In this document: one piece after another, positions 40,822-52,521 of the stretch | How positions within the stretch are numbered: the stretch's first letter is position 1 | Layout of the letters: every line of letters begins with the position of its first letter | Assembly: GCF_006345805.1 (NCBI RefSeq) | Contig: NC_043017.1 | Coordinates: forward strand, 9,424,001 to 9,488,000 | Direction of reading: 5' to 3' | DNA from: Octopus sinensis | Lineage: Eukaryota | DNA length: 64,000 nt | Notes under the pieces: generated by a model | Seen by the model: only the letters and a program-made list of their open reading frames with translations | What the model was told of the DNA's origin: nothing | Databases searched by the model: none | Program-made: the position numbers and the translations under genes

Positions 40822-41027
40822 TACATACACACACATACATATACACATACATACATATATATATACACACACACACACACATACATATACACATACATAC
40901 ATATATATATACACACACGCATACATACACACACACACACACACACATACATATACACACACATACATACACACACACACAAATACACACACATTCATGC
41001 ATATACATACATACATACATACATACA
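35247..41027. repeat. About 5.8-kb compound (CA)/(TA)/(CATA) microsatellite array
   Basis: Almost purely alternating purine-pyrimidine with recurring cacaccacat interruptions; source of the giant HT/VC ORFs. Confidence 0.97.
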
Positions 41028-42276
41028 TGGCGGTATGGTTAAGAAGTTTGCTTTGTAATCACATTGACACCTTGGGCTGTGTTTTTAATTGTAGACCCAG
41101 GTTAATCAAATCTTTGAGTGGATTTGGTTGACAGAAACTGAAAGAAGCCCATCATACATACATTATATACACACACCTTAAGGAAGATAGCTTCATCTGT
41201 GGCTTAACAAAACAATTAGAAATGTGGACAAGATGCTTTGATGTATTTTCTCTGGCTCTTTGTGTTCAAATGCCACTGAAGCTGAGTTTACCTTTCATCC
41301 CTCCTCAACTCTTTCTATATGCGGTTGTTTGTGTTTGCCTTCACAGTCAAATTGTCCATTGCCAAAACCTCAATCTGCCCTCAGTCATCAATAGTCTTGA
41401 CCTAATCAAGGCCTTTTGAATGGATTTGAAAGATGGAAGCCCATTATGTAATGTGTGTGTTCCCATGCCTTGACATTATATGACGTTTGCAACTATGAAG
41501 AAGGAATGTTGTTCATTTTCAACATTCAATGAAAACCCATGGCTAGTCACAGGAAAGACATCAGACTGTAGAAAACTTTCATATGACCTATGTTAGAATG
41601 AAAACAGGTGACAAGAGCAGCAGGCAGCCATAGAAAATTTGTCACACTGAATTCCATCTGTTCTGTGCAATCATGGAAAAATGGACATTGCATCTATGAT
41701 GATAAATGGTGTGTGAAAGCTGCTTTTTCTAGAGAGAAACTGAAGGAAGATCATCATCATCATCATTTAGCGTCCGCTTTCCATGCTAGCATGGGTTGGA
41801 CGGTTCAGCCGGGGTCTGGGAAGCCAGAAAGCTGCACCAGGCCCAGTCTGATCTGGCAATGTTTCTACGGCTGGATGCCCTTCCTAACGCCAACCACTCC
41901 GTGAGTGTAGTGGGTGCTTTTTACATTACATATATATATGTGTGTGTGTTTGTCTGCCACCACAATCGATGTTGGTGTGTTTACATCCCTGTAAGGAAGC
42001 AGATCTGCAAAAGAGACCAACAGAATAGATACTGAACTTAAAAAAATAAAGTCCCGGGGTTGATTGGTTTGATTAAATTTCTTCAAGACGGTGCCCCAGC
42101 ATGGCCATAGCCTAGTGAATGAAACAAAACACACACACACACACGCGCGCGCGCGGCGGGCTTCTATCTATCAAATCACTCAGAAGGCCGGCCCAGGGCC
42201 AACCAAAGACACTTGAGCAAAGAGCCATGCAGTGGGACTGAAGCCAGTCCAGTGTAATAATATGTATAACACAAAC

Positions 42277-42404
42277 CTTCAGGAGTTCCAAGTCGTTGCA
42301 TTGGAATTAACTTGGTTACTTGCTGTAAAATTTTCTCTGGAACTTTCTCGGTCATGGGAGTAGCAATAAATCCCGGGAGGACGGAGTTAACACGGATATT
42401 GAAC
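42277..42404 (-). CDS. HSD17B8: HSD17B8 exon ([43 protein letters not shown])
   Basis: Acceptor tttatctgttgcag|, donor GAAG|GTTTGT; [16 protein letters not shown] is characteristic of HSD17B8. Confidence 0.93.
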
Positions 42405-43062
42405 CTGCAACAGATAAAACAAATTTTACTCTTACGATATATTAAAACTAAATCCAACCAGAGTTATTTCCCCTAGCAGCTGAGCTTCATTAAGTCTGGC
42501 AAGTTTAGCCTTGCCTGGATTTATCGACATTAGCATCGTTTCAACGTTCACTTTCCAGCTTGCGTGGATCAGACGGAATTTTTTGAGGCAGATTTTCAAC
42601 GGCAGGATGCCCTCCCCGCCACAAGCGCTCACAGGTTTCCAAGCAAGGTAATATTTCCCCATGGGTTGATATGTTTTTCACATTAGACTAGACATGAACA
42701 ACACCGCTTGTATAACAATGGCGCTTGTTTACATCTATTACATGATGTCTAGACAATGAGAGACACAAACACATTCGCACGTGTGTCTATGTGTGTGGAG
42801 GCATGTGGCTTAGTGGTTCGGCTCATGATAGTAAGATTGTACTTTCAATTCCTGGACTGGGCAACACATTGTGTTCTTAAACAAAACACTTCATTTCACA
42901 TTACTCCAGTCTACTCAGCCGGCAATAGTGAGTAACCCTGAGATGGACTGGTGTCATGAAATATAACTCCAAAAGATAATTTTACCTTTTTTTACTTTAT
43001 TATATATCTGCATACACACACACACACGATATATATATATATATACATGGACACAAACTTAC

Positions 43063-43148
43063 CTGGAAAGTTCTTTTGCAGCGGATTTACTTAATCCTTC
43101 AACTCCAGCTTTTGATGCTGAGTAGTTGCATTGTCCAATGTTCCCATA
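43063..43148 (-). CDS. HSD17B8: HSD17B8 catalytic exon (YGNIGQCNYSASKAGVEGLSKSAAKELS-R)
   Basis: Not in the ORF track. Acceptor cattctag|, donor CAG|GTAAGT; SDR active-site YxxxK (YSASK); phases 0/2 fit. Confidence 0.93.
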
Positions 43149-44345
43149 CTAGAATGACACACAAAGAAAAAGGACCAATGTTACTAACAACACCAAGTAC
43201 CACTATAAATAACGTGAATTCCTTACATAACCCTTATTGTATTTCAAATGCTGAATGTCTGCCCTTCATCCAAGCTGTAATGGTTTCGTATCTGCTTTTC
43301 TGACATATTTTTGAGTGTAAGAGCAGTATGACTGAATGGTTGAGGAGTTTGCTTTGGCATCTTAGGCAAGAAACATTTTCTACAGCCCAAGGTCGCGCCA
43401 TATCTTGCGAGTGAAACTGGTCAGAGAGAAACTATACAGAAGCTCTCATCAGCTGGATTCGGACTCTAACCACACGTCTTGGAATACTCAGCCACTTAGA
43501 TGTTGATTCAGGAACAGAACGCAAGTGTGGGGCTTTCCAACCACATGGTTCCAGGTTCAGTCCCACTGCATGGCACCATGGACAAGTGTTTTTCACTATA
43601 GCCTTGGGTCAGCCAAGGCCTTGTGAGTGGATTTGGTAGACAGAAACTGAAAGAAGTCCAGTGTGTGTGTGCGTGCAAGTATCTTTGTGTCCATGATTGT
43701 CTCCTCGTCGCCACTTGGCAACCAGTGTTGGTGTGTTTATGTCCCTGCAGTTTAGCAGAAAGAGACCAACAGAATAAGTATCAGGTTTTAAAGAAAGGAA
43801 AGTAAGTCCTGGGGTTGAATTATTCAACTAAATATTCTTCTTGAAGGTAGTAACCACCATAGCATGGCCACAGTCTAAGAACTGAAACAAGTCAAAGATA
43901 AACAGAGATTTAACAGATCTTGGTCACTTATAACCATGGCAACCAACCCTATGAGCCCAAGGACTTGAGACCGTAATGTCCTGGGGGTTGATGATGGTGT
44001 CAGACTTACATATAAGACAAGAAAATATGATGCATCTATAATATTGCTTTCAGATTTTGGCACAGGGCCTGCAAGCTCAGATGAAGGGGTAAGTTGATGA
44101 TATTAACCCCAGTACTCAACTGCCCTGAAAGGAATTTGAACTCAGAACATAAAGCTGGATGAAATGCCACTAACCATTTTTACCTGATGTGCTAACGATT
44201 CTACCAGCTCACCACCTTTCATCTGTAGTTAATATCGACAGAGATAAGGAGTGCAAAAGCTCTTCACAATAAACAACCAACTCCCTAATCCACCCCCATC
44301 ACAAAGATGACAGGGGGTGGGGTGGGGTGGGGTTTCCTTACTCAC

Positions 44346-44441
44346 CTGCCCAACAATGCTTGCAATATTGACGATGGAGCCACACTCAACATGCTTGGTC
44401 ATCATCATCTGTGCCACAGCCTTCATCACCAGGTAGGTACC
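44346..44441 (-). CDS. HSD17B8: HSD17B8 exon (GTYLVMKAVAQMMMTKHVECGSIVNIASIVGQ)
   Basis: Acceptor ttctgttgtcag|, donor CAG|GTGAGT; GSIVNIAS with catalytic Ser; phases 0/0. Confidence 0.93.
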
Positions 44442-45916
44442 CTGACAACAGAATAAAAAAAAAACAAAACAAAAAATATCAGGTTTAAAAACACAACCAG
44501 GAACCCTTCCATCTTCATCAGTTTCTTCATAAAGAACCCCTTTAAGCCTTTTAACATACAGAATTCATCATCATCATCGTTTAGCGTCCGTTTTCCATGC
44601 TAGCATGGGTTGGACGGTTCAGCTGGGGTCTGTGAAGCCAGAAGGCTTCATCAGGCCCAGTCAGATCTGGCAGAGTTTCTACAGCTGGATGCCTTTCCTA
44701 ACGCCAATTGCTCTATTAAATGTGAATGCTTATCTATTCACACTGCTTTGAACCAATCATGCATCACCTCACAGCTTTGACATTTCGATAATGTCGTTAT
44801 TTCTAGAATGACTTCACTACAATCAACGGAAACAGTCTTTGTAATGGATATTAATTTGGACATACAACTTAACTTGAGTGTACTCATTTAATGCCATAAA
44901 CTGCAGTATATAGGCACAGGAGTGGCTGTGTGGTAAGTAGCTTGCTAACCAACCACATGGTTCCGGGTTCAGTCCCACTGTGTAGCAGGCATCTTGGGCA
45001 AGTGTCTTCTGCTATAGCCCCAGGCCGACCAATGCCTTGTGAGTGGATTTGGTAGACGGAAACTGAAAGAAACCTGTTGTATATATGTATATATATATAT
45101 GTGTGTGTTTGTCCCCCTAGCATTGCTTGACAACCGATGCTGGTGTGTTTACGTCCCCATCACTTAGCAGTTCGGCAAAAGAGACCGATAGAATAAGTAC
45201 TGGGCTTACAAAGAATAAGTCCCAGGGTCGATTTGCTCGACTAAAGGCGGTGCTCCAGCATGGCCGCAGTCAAATGACTGAAACATGTAAAAGAGTATAT
45301 TGTCCGGAGAAATCGTCTCATATAGACTGAAATCATGTAACCCCTAACACTAGTCCTAACATTGGGGGCTGAGAAAATTCGCCTGCCGATATAATCTAAG
45401 CTTTTAAGCATTTGTCATCGTCTATAAAAGCTGATTTCTCAGGTTGGTACTTGAGAAAATCCATCAAGCCAAGTGAAATGTAATCACAGTCGATGCTGGT
45501 GTCATGTAAAAAGCACCTGTCACACTCTTAGAGTGATTGATGTTAGGAAAGGCCCCCAGCAGTAGAAACCATGCCAAATCAGACTGGAACCTGGTGCAGC
45601 CCTCCAATTTACCAGTTTCGGCCAAACCGTCCAACCCATGCCAGCATGGGAAGCAGATGCATGATGATGATGATATACTGCGATTCATGGCATTAAATTT
45701 GCACATCCAACTTAACTTTGATGTACAAGCAGAATATTCTAGAATGAGAGGCTGGATCTGGCCAGTTTGTGCACAAAACGAGAATATTTGGGGCAGATAT
45801 GGTAGGTGGAAATACTGAAGGGTTAAAGAAACACAGTTTCAATGGATAAATGTGTCGATTCTTGTGTCCACAATGTAGCCATCACCACAAGATATTTCCA
45901 CAGAAGACAGCTACTC

Positions 45917-47020
45917 CATCACTCACCACTTCCACAACAAACATACATCCCATTACTCAGCACTTCCACAAGAAACATACATCCCATTACTCAGCACTTC
46001 CACAAGAAACATACATCCATTACTCAGCACTTCCACAACAAACATACATCCCATCACTTACCACTTCCACAACAAACATACATCCCATCACTCAGCACTT
46101 CCACAACAAACATACATCCCATCACTTACCACATCCATTACAAACATCCCATCACTCACCACTTCCACAACAAACATCCCATCACTCACCACTTCCACAG
46201 TAAACAAACATCCCATCACTCACCACTTCCACAACAAACATCCCATCACTCACCACATCCACAGTAAACATACATCCCATCACTCACCACATCTACAACA
46301 AACATACATCCCATCACTCAGCACTTCCACAACAAACATACATCCCATCACTTACCACATCCATTACAAACATCCCATCACTCACCACTTCCACAGTAAA
46401 CAAACATCCCATCACTCACCACTTCCACAACAAACATCCCATCACTCACCACATCCACAGTAAACATACATCCCATCACTCACCACATCTACAACAAACA
46501 TACATCCCATCACTCACCACTTCCACAACAAATATCCCATCACTCACCACTTCCACAACAAACATCCCATCACTCACCACTTCCACAGTAAACATCCCAT
46601 CACTCACCACTTCCACAGTAAACATACATCCCATCACTCACCACTTCAACAACAAACATCCCATCACTCACCACTTCCACAGTAAACATACATCCCATCA
46701 CTCACCACTTCCACAACAAACATACATCCCATCACTCACCACTTCCACAGTAAACATACATCCCATCACTCACCACTTCCACAACAAACATCCCATCACT
46801 CACCACTTCCACAGTAAACATACATCCCATCACTCACCACTTCCACAACAAACATACATCCCATCACTCACCACTTCCACAACAAACATCCCATCACTCA
46901 CCATTTCCACAACAAACATCCCATCACTCACCACTTCCACAACAAACATCCCATCACTCACCACTTCCACAGCAAACAATCACCACATCACTCACCACTT
47001 CCACAGCAAACAATCACCAT
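45917..47020. repeat. Minisatellite, 30/34-bp unit catcccatcactcaccacttccacaacaaa(cata), roughly 34 copies
   Basis: Direct reading; copy number estimated from length divided by unit size. Confidence 0.95.
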
Positions 47021-47066
47021 ATCATTCAAAACTTCAACAGCTGAAGACAGATACAAAGAAACAAAC

Positions 47067-47254
47067 CTTTAAATTGACATCAATAACTTTATCAAAATCC
47101 TCATCGGTGCTGCGTATCAGCAGATTGTCACGGGTGATGCCAGCACAGTTCACAGCTACTGTCGGAACATCCTGGAACTGCTTGGACACCTGATCCATCA
47201 TCTCTGCTACAGACTGGGGCAGTGAGATATCAGTTGGGAAAGCATAGTGGTTCC
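47067..47254 (-). CDS. HSD17B8: HSD17B8 exon (G-NHYAFPTDISL...VNCAGITRDNLLIRSTDEDFDKVIDVNLK)
   Basis: Acceptor atgtttctag|, donor AAG|GTTTGT; SDR NCAG motif and DKVIxVNLK. The TGxxxGIG exon was not found in the window. Confidence 0.92.
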
Positions 47255-47470
47255 CTAGAAACATAAGCACATGTGCGTTATCATTGTATGTTGACAAACG
47301 ATATCGGGTGATGATATCAGTGAGAATTTTTTTATACCACATTGATCTCACAGTTCCAAGGAAATGAGGTAAAGAGTTGAGTAGTTCTGTAAATGTTAGG
47401 AATACTGTCTCTCCTTTCTATAATTGACTAAGAAAAACAGAAAAATCATTTGCCAATTTCCAGTACATAC

Positions 47471-47925
47471 ATTTACATTTGACAGATATTTGTCCTCATC
47501 TTGTTTGTTGTTAACACAATGTTTCGGCTGATATACCTTCCAGCCTTCATCAGGTGTCTCGGGGAAATTTCGAACCTGGGTTCTCATTCCTCAGGTATTT
47601 TTCGATGTTGTTAATTATCATTATTATTATTCAGGTCACTGCCTGGAATCGAACTCGAAATCTTGGCGTTAGTAGCCCACGCTCTTAACCACTGAGCATA
47701 TGGCATAGTGGTTAAGAGTGCAAGTTACTAACCCCAAGATTCTGAGTTCGATTCCAGGCAGTGACCTAAATAATAATAATAATAATAACAACATTGAAAA
47801 ATACCTTAGGAATGAGAACCCAGGTTTGAAATTTCCCCAAGACACCTCATAAATGCTGGTGGGTATATCAGCCAAGACATGTTAACAACAAACAAGATGA
47901 GGACAAATATCTGTCAAATGTAAAT
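47471..47925. mobile_element. Head-to-head inverted dimer of a tRNA-headed element with a hammerhead-containing tail
   Basis: Arms of about 225 bp are reverse complements centred near 47700. Each arm is tRNA-like head + (AAT)n + gagaacccagg...gacacctgatga... tail. Confidence 0.8.
47513..47558 (-). ncRNA. Minimal type I hammerhead ribozyme motif
   Basis: GACAC-CTGATGA-A-GGCTG(gaaggtatat)CAGCC-GAAAC-ATT-GTGTT. Helices I and II pair; ATT is a probable CpG-decayed GTT. Confidence 0.65.
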
Positions 47926-48882
47926 ATTGAAATTAAGTACCAGTTGCATACTGAGGTCAATCTCATCGACTGGCCCCTGCCTCCCCCAAAATTTCAGGCC
48001 TTATGTCTAGAGCAGAAAAGAATAATATATGTACCTGTCATATACTGAGATTGGTTCAATTTATTGTTGCCTTCCCAAAACTCTGGCCTGGAAGCCTATA
48101 CCAGAAACCATTATCATCATCATAACACAGGTGTGGCTGTGTGGTTAAGAACCACAGTCATGTGGTTTTGGGTTCAGTCCCACTGCCTGGCACCTTGGGC
48201 AAATGTCTTCTATAATCTTGGGCCAAGCAAAGCTTTGAAAATGGATTTGGTAGACAGAAACTAAAAGAAGCCTGTTGTGTGTGTGTGTGTGTGTGCCCTT
48301 GTCTAGACATCATGTGATGGTTGTAAATGAAAATCATCATCATCATACAAGTGATGTCGTTTGTTTCCAGTCTTCCATGAAAAACATGTCTGGCCATGGA
48401 GAAATATTACCTTGCTTCTGAACAGGTGAGGGTTGATGACAAGAAGGACACACATATACATGATAGATTTCTTTCAGTTTCCACCAATCAAATTTACTCC
48501 CAGGGCTTTGGTCAGCCAGACGTTATAGCAGACACTTGCCCAAAGCGCCATGCAACGGTCTTGAACCCCAAATCATGTAGTTAGGAATCAAACGTGTTTG
48601 TATTTTAGCAAAACTCAATTTGTCCAATAAATACCTGGAGTTGCCGACTTCAAGAGCTTCAGTGTTTCTTGTAATCCTGGCGCTTGGACATCAACCGCCG
48701 CCACCCTGGCTCCTTCACGGGCAAACACCTCGCATACACTGCGACCTATACCACTGGCAGCTCCTGGATAGCAGAAAACAGGTAAGCAAACAATTAAGTG
48801 AACTGATGTGAGGTGTGGGAGGAGGTGTTATGAGGGGGGGAGGCTTAAGGCACTGTGAAGTGGAGATCATCATCATCATATG

Positions 48883-49001
48883 GCTTACGGCCATATCACG
48901 TTGAAAGCACCGGTTCTCGTCCGATCACCGAAGTTAAGCAACAACGAGCCTCATTAGTACTTAGATGGGTGACCGCTTGGGAAACCTAGGTGCTGTAAGC
49001 A
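48883..49001 (+). rRNA. Full-length 5S rRNA-derived copy (pseudogene or SINE head)
   Basis: GCTTACGGCCATATCACGTTGAAAGCACCGGTTCTCGTCCGATCACCGAAGTTAAGC...GATGGGTGACCGC...GCTGTAAGC; terminal helix I intact, helix IV/V region mismatched; single copy within an intron. Confidence 0.85.
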
Positions 49002-50167
49002 TTCCATTACCTTTCAGCGGTGGTGCCCCAGCATGGCCGCAGCCTTCGGGCTAAAACATTTTTAAGGATTTTTAAGGATCAGTTAACATCCACTTTCCAT
49101 GCTGGCATGGGTTGGATGGTTTGATAGGAGCTGACATGGCCAGGAGGCTGCACCAGACTTCTGTGTCTGCTTTGGCACAGTTTTTATGGCTGGATGCCCT
49201 TCCAAACGCCAACCACCCTACAGAGTGGACTGAGTGCTTTTCACATGGCAACAATACTGAGATGTTATGAGAAAATGTTAGTGAGTACAAATGTGAGTAC
49301 GGACAGTTAGTGAATACATCAGGATGGCAATTGGCAGAGTCAGAAAGGCTGCTGCTCCTTTTTAAGGAATGTGACATGATGCTGTGTGTAGCCTCCAGTG
49401 ATCAGCCTGGTGCAGCTTCCTGGCTTCCTAGATAGACCCCAGTTGAACTGTCCAACCCATGCCAGCATGGAAAACGGACGTTAAACGACGATGATGATGA
49501 TTCAGCATGACACAGTGTGACAAGGCTGAGTACCCCACAGACATGTGTATCCTTAATGAAGATCTCAAAGAGATTCATCGTTATCATCATTTAACATCCG
49601 ACCCATGCCAGCAGGGTTAGTGACATTGCCCAGGCATGGCTGCTTCCCAACACTAAGGTTTTGGGTTCAGTCCTACTGCACAGCACACTGTGTGAGGAGT
49701 ACATGCGTAGAGATTCATCATGACACACAAAGTGATAAGGCTGGCCGTTTAATTACAGGTACAACTCATTTTTGCCAGCCCAGTCTGGAGCAATGAGAAA
49801 TAAAGTGTCGCCATGATTGTAAGCTGAACATTCAAAGAACTAAGCCACATGTTTTCAATGCGAGTGTTGAAACATGGGGCAAAACCAGTTGTGCTGTGTA
49901 GGCAGTGAGACTGTATTTACCACTTAAACACACTGATGTTACTATGGGGATTGCAAGAGACACAGTACGGTGAACACGTATAAAGGCAGCACTGCAATAG
50001 GGGGCAGTGAACCATGAATGTTATAATGAAGTAAGCTTTATATCATTATGTGATTCTCATGCTTCAATGACAAAATATTTTGTTTGTAAACATATATGTT
50101 GTTTCTAAGCCACCTGTCACATTTCCACCCCTTCATAGACACCCAGAAAATGGGAGAGCCTCTAAGT

Positions 50168-50365
50168 TAGTGCTTCTCGACTTTTAATATCTGGGCCCAA
50201 TCCAAAACCTGGATTTTTTTTAGGCAGGGTCTCCACACCAAAAAGAAAACACAAGCCAACAGCAGGAAAATTTATATTTAGATTCATGGAAGGGATCATT
50301 AGGGGCCACCGGAAGTACGTTTGAGGGTTACATGAATACCTGGGAGCTGCAGTTGAGAATCACTG
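50168..50365. mobile_element. Old hAT-type MITE
   Basis: TAGTGCTTCTCGAC / GTTGAGAATCACTG imperfect TIRs (11/14); no convincing target duplication. Confidence 0.45.
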
Positions 50366-51863
50366 CTCCCAAGTAGTCGTTCAATCAGCTAGAAATAGCA
50401 GCTAAATCTCATCATCATCGGCCTCTGGAAATAATTGTCTTGAATCTTGAAACTCATAAGGCCAGTTTCCCATTTTCCATGGCATACAAGTGACCAAGAT
50501 CACTTGAAAACAGTCCATCACAAGGGGTCACTCCTTTAATGCTGAGTGGACTGCGGCAATGTGAAAGGGGTTTTGCCGGAAAGCCTTTAACCACAGGTCT
50601 GCTCAGTTAAGCATGACCCAGTGCTAAGCAGCAACAGCATCCAGTACAAAGGAGCATCTATATGGTCACACGGTTTGCTAGAAACAGTAGCCAAATCTGC
50701 CTAAAATCACACCCTATCATCTTCAACACAAAAGGACATGTTGGATAATGTATTCTTAGGCTCTCTGCACATGGGACAAAAGAAGGGATAGTCATGGCTG
50801 GAATGTCTTTAATCAGTGATCTGCTCAAGGGACCCATGGCTAAACAATAACATCTGATAGAAAAGGGCTTCTACGTGGTTGCTCGTCTTGCTAGAAATAG
50901 CAGCCAAATCACCCTAAATATTACATCTTACTTCTGCAAAACAGAAAGGCATATTGCATAACGTGTTATTGAGTTTCCTGCAAGTAGGACAGAAGACAGG
51001 ATGGTCACAGCTGGAATGCTTTTAATCGTGGACCTATTCAATTGAGGATGAACAGCATTTGATAGAAAGGAGCCTGTATGTAGTCACTTGGCCTGCTGGA
51101 AATATCAGTCAAATCCCCTCCAAACCACACTTGAGCACAGCCAGTCTAAAGCTGGTATCAGTGAGTGAGCTGTGTTCGATTATGAAGTCTGTAGTGTTTG
51201 ATTATGAAATATGTATATTAATTGGTAAGTTACATATAATTAATATTCAATTTACAGACTTTTCTTCCAATTGGGAGATGAAATGAGAAAAACAAGTTCG
51301 TTATTAAATATCATTTTATGGAGCTAGACAGATGTTTCAGAGAAAAGGAGGGGTGGTCTGTGTGAAAATCTCATTTAAATGAAATGAGAGAGGTGGCGGC
51401 AGCTCCTTGTTAGTGAACAGGTGGGCAACCACTGTCCTTAGCATCTTAAAAAAAAGGGATATGTTGGATAGCTGTTATCTGTGATGAGAACACCGTTCTG
51501 TTCCTGATATAAGCAAAATAGAAAGGGCTTTTGATCATCGTTCTGTTTTAGCTAGGGCTGACTTGGGGTTAAACAACAGTACTAACAATAAATAAAACCA
51601 GGCTATCGATCATAGAAGCCACCTTTGCAAACAAACCTCTAACAATACACGTCTCCCCTGCCTCTTGTTTTTTTCTCTGTCTTCTCCCTGGTTTGAAGAA
51701 AGCAAAAACCTCAAAAATATGTAATGTAATATTTTCTCATCAGCCACATGAATCAGGTCAGAAATTCACAACACACACACACACACACAGATATATATAC
51801 ATATATATATATACACGCATAAATATGGATGCAAATCTATAGGTATAAATATGTGAGCATGCC

Positions 51864-51894
<31 letters not shown>

Positions 51895-52502
51895 GTATGT
51901 ATATATGTGTGTGTGTGTGTATGTATATATGTGTGTGTGTAAATATACATATATGTGTGTGTGTGTATATATATATGTGTGTGTGTGTATATATATATAT
52001 GTATGTATATATATATGTATGTATGTATACATATGGTATGTGTGTGGCTATGGGTATTGACATGTGTGTATGTGTATGTAACGTGAACATACACATATAT
52101 GAACACAGAGCACAATATTTCCACTGTAAACAAGAATGAGCTAGTTTGGGCCGGTTTTGAAAGCCAATAACTTACATGCCCTACATAGCAAACAGCCTGA
52201 TTGTTTCTTTGGTAGTGGTAATTGTTGCTGTTGTTGTTGTTGTTATTATTTGATGTAGTTCTGTATTTAAGTATGAATGAATATACACACATAATACATA
52301 TGTAGATTATGCATGTATGATATATGTATGTGCCATAGTGTGTGTGCGTGTGTCTATAATTGTTTAAAGACATACATATATATATACATACACGCAATTG
52401 TATATTCATATATACATTACAGAAGCGTTATACTTGTAAAGAAATAATTTGTATATATGACATCGCTTCCAAGTTTTGGTGCTTCCCCCCCCCCGCCCTC
52501 AC

Positions 52503-52521
52503 CCTGTATGTCTTTGCTTAT
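52503..52521 (-). CDS. Possible 19-nt HSD17B8 micro-exon (ISKDIQ-G)
   Basis: ccacag|ATAAGCAAAGACATACAGG|gtgagg; ends in phase 1 as the 47254 exon requires. Atypical acceptor spacing. Confidence 0.2.

Noticed and set aside
35210-41028. Very long ORFs (up to 1227 aa) of HT/YI/VC/MY repeats
   Set aside because: Translation of the CA/TA array, which cannot easily form stop codons; lies within an HSD17B8 intron.
45842-46267. His/Thr/Gln-rich ORFs
   Set aside because: Translation of the minisatellite. It is also not a CRISPR array: the units are contiguous with no unique spacers and there are no cas genes.
48883-49001. Functional 5S rRNA gene
   Set aside because: Solitary, mismatched in helix IV/V and the C-box, not followed by a clean T-run terminator, and fused to a retroposon tail.
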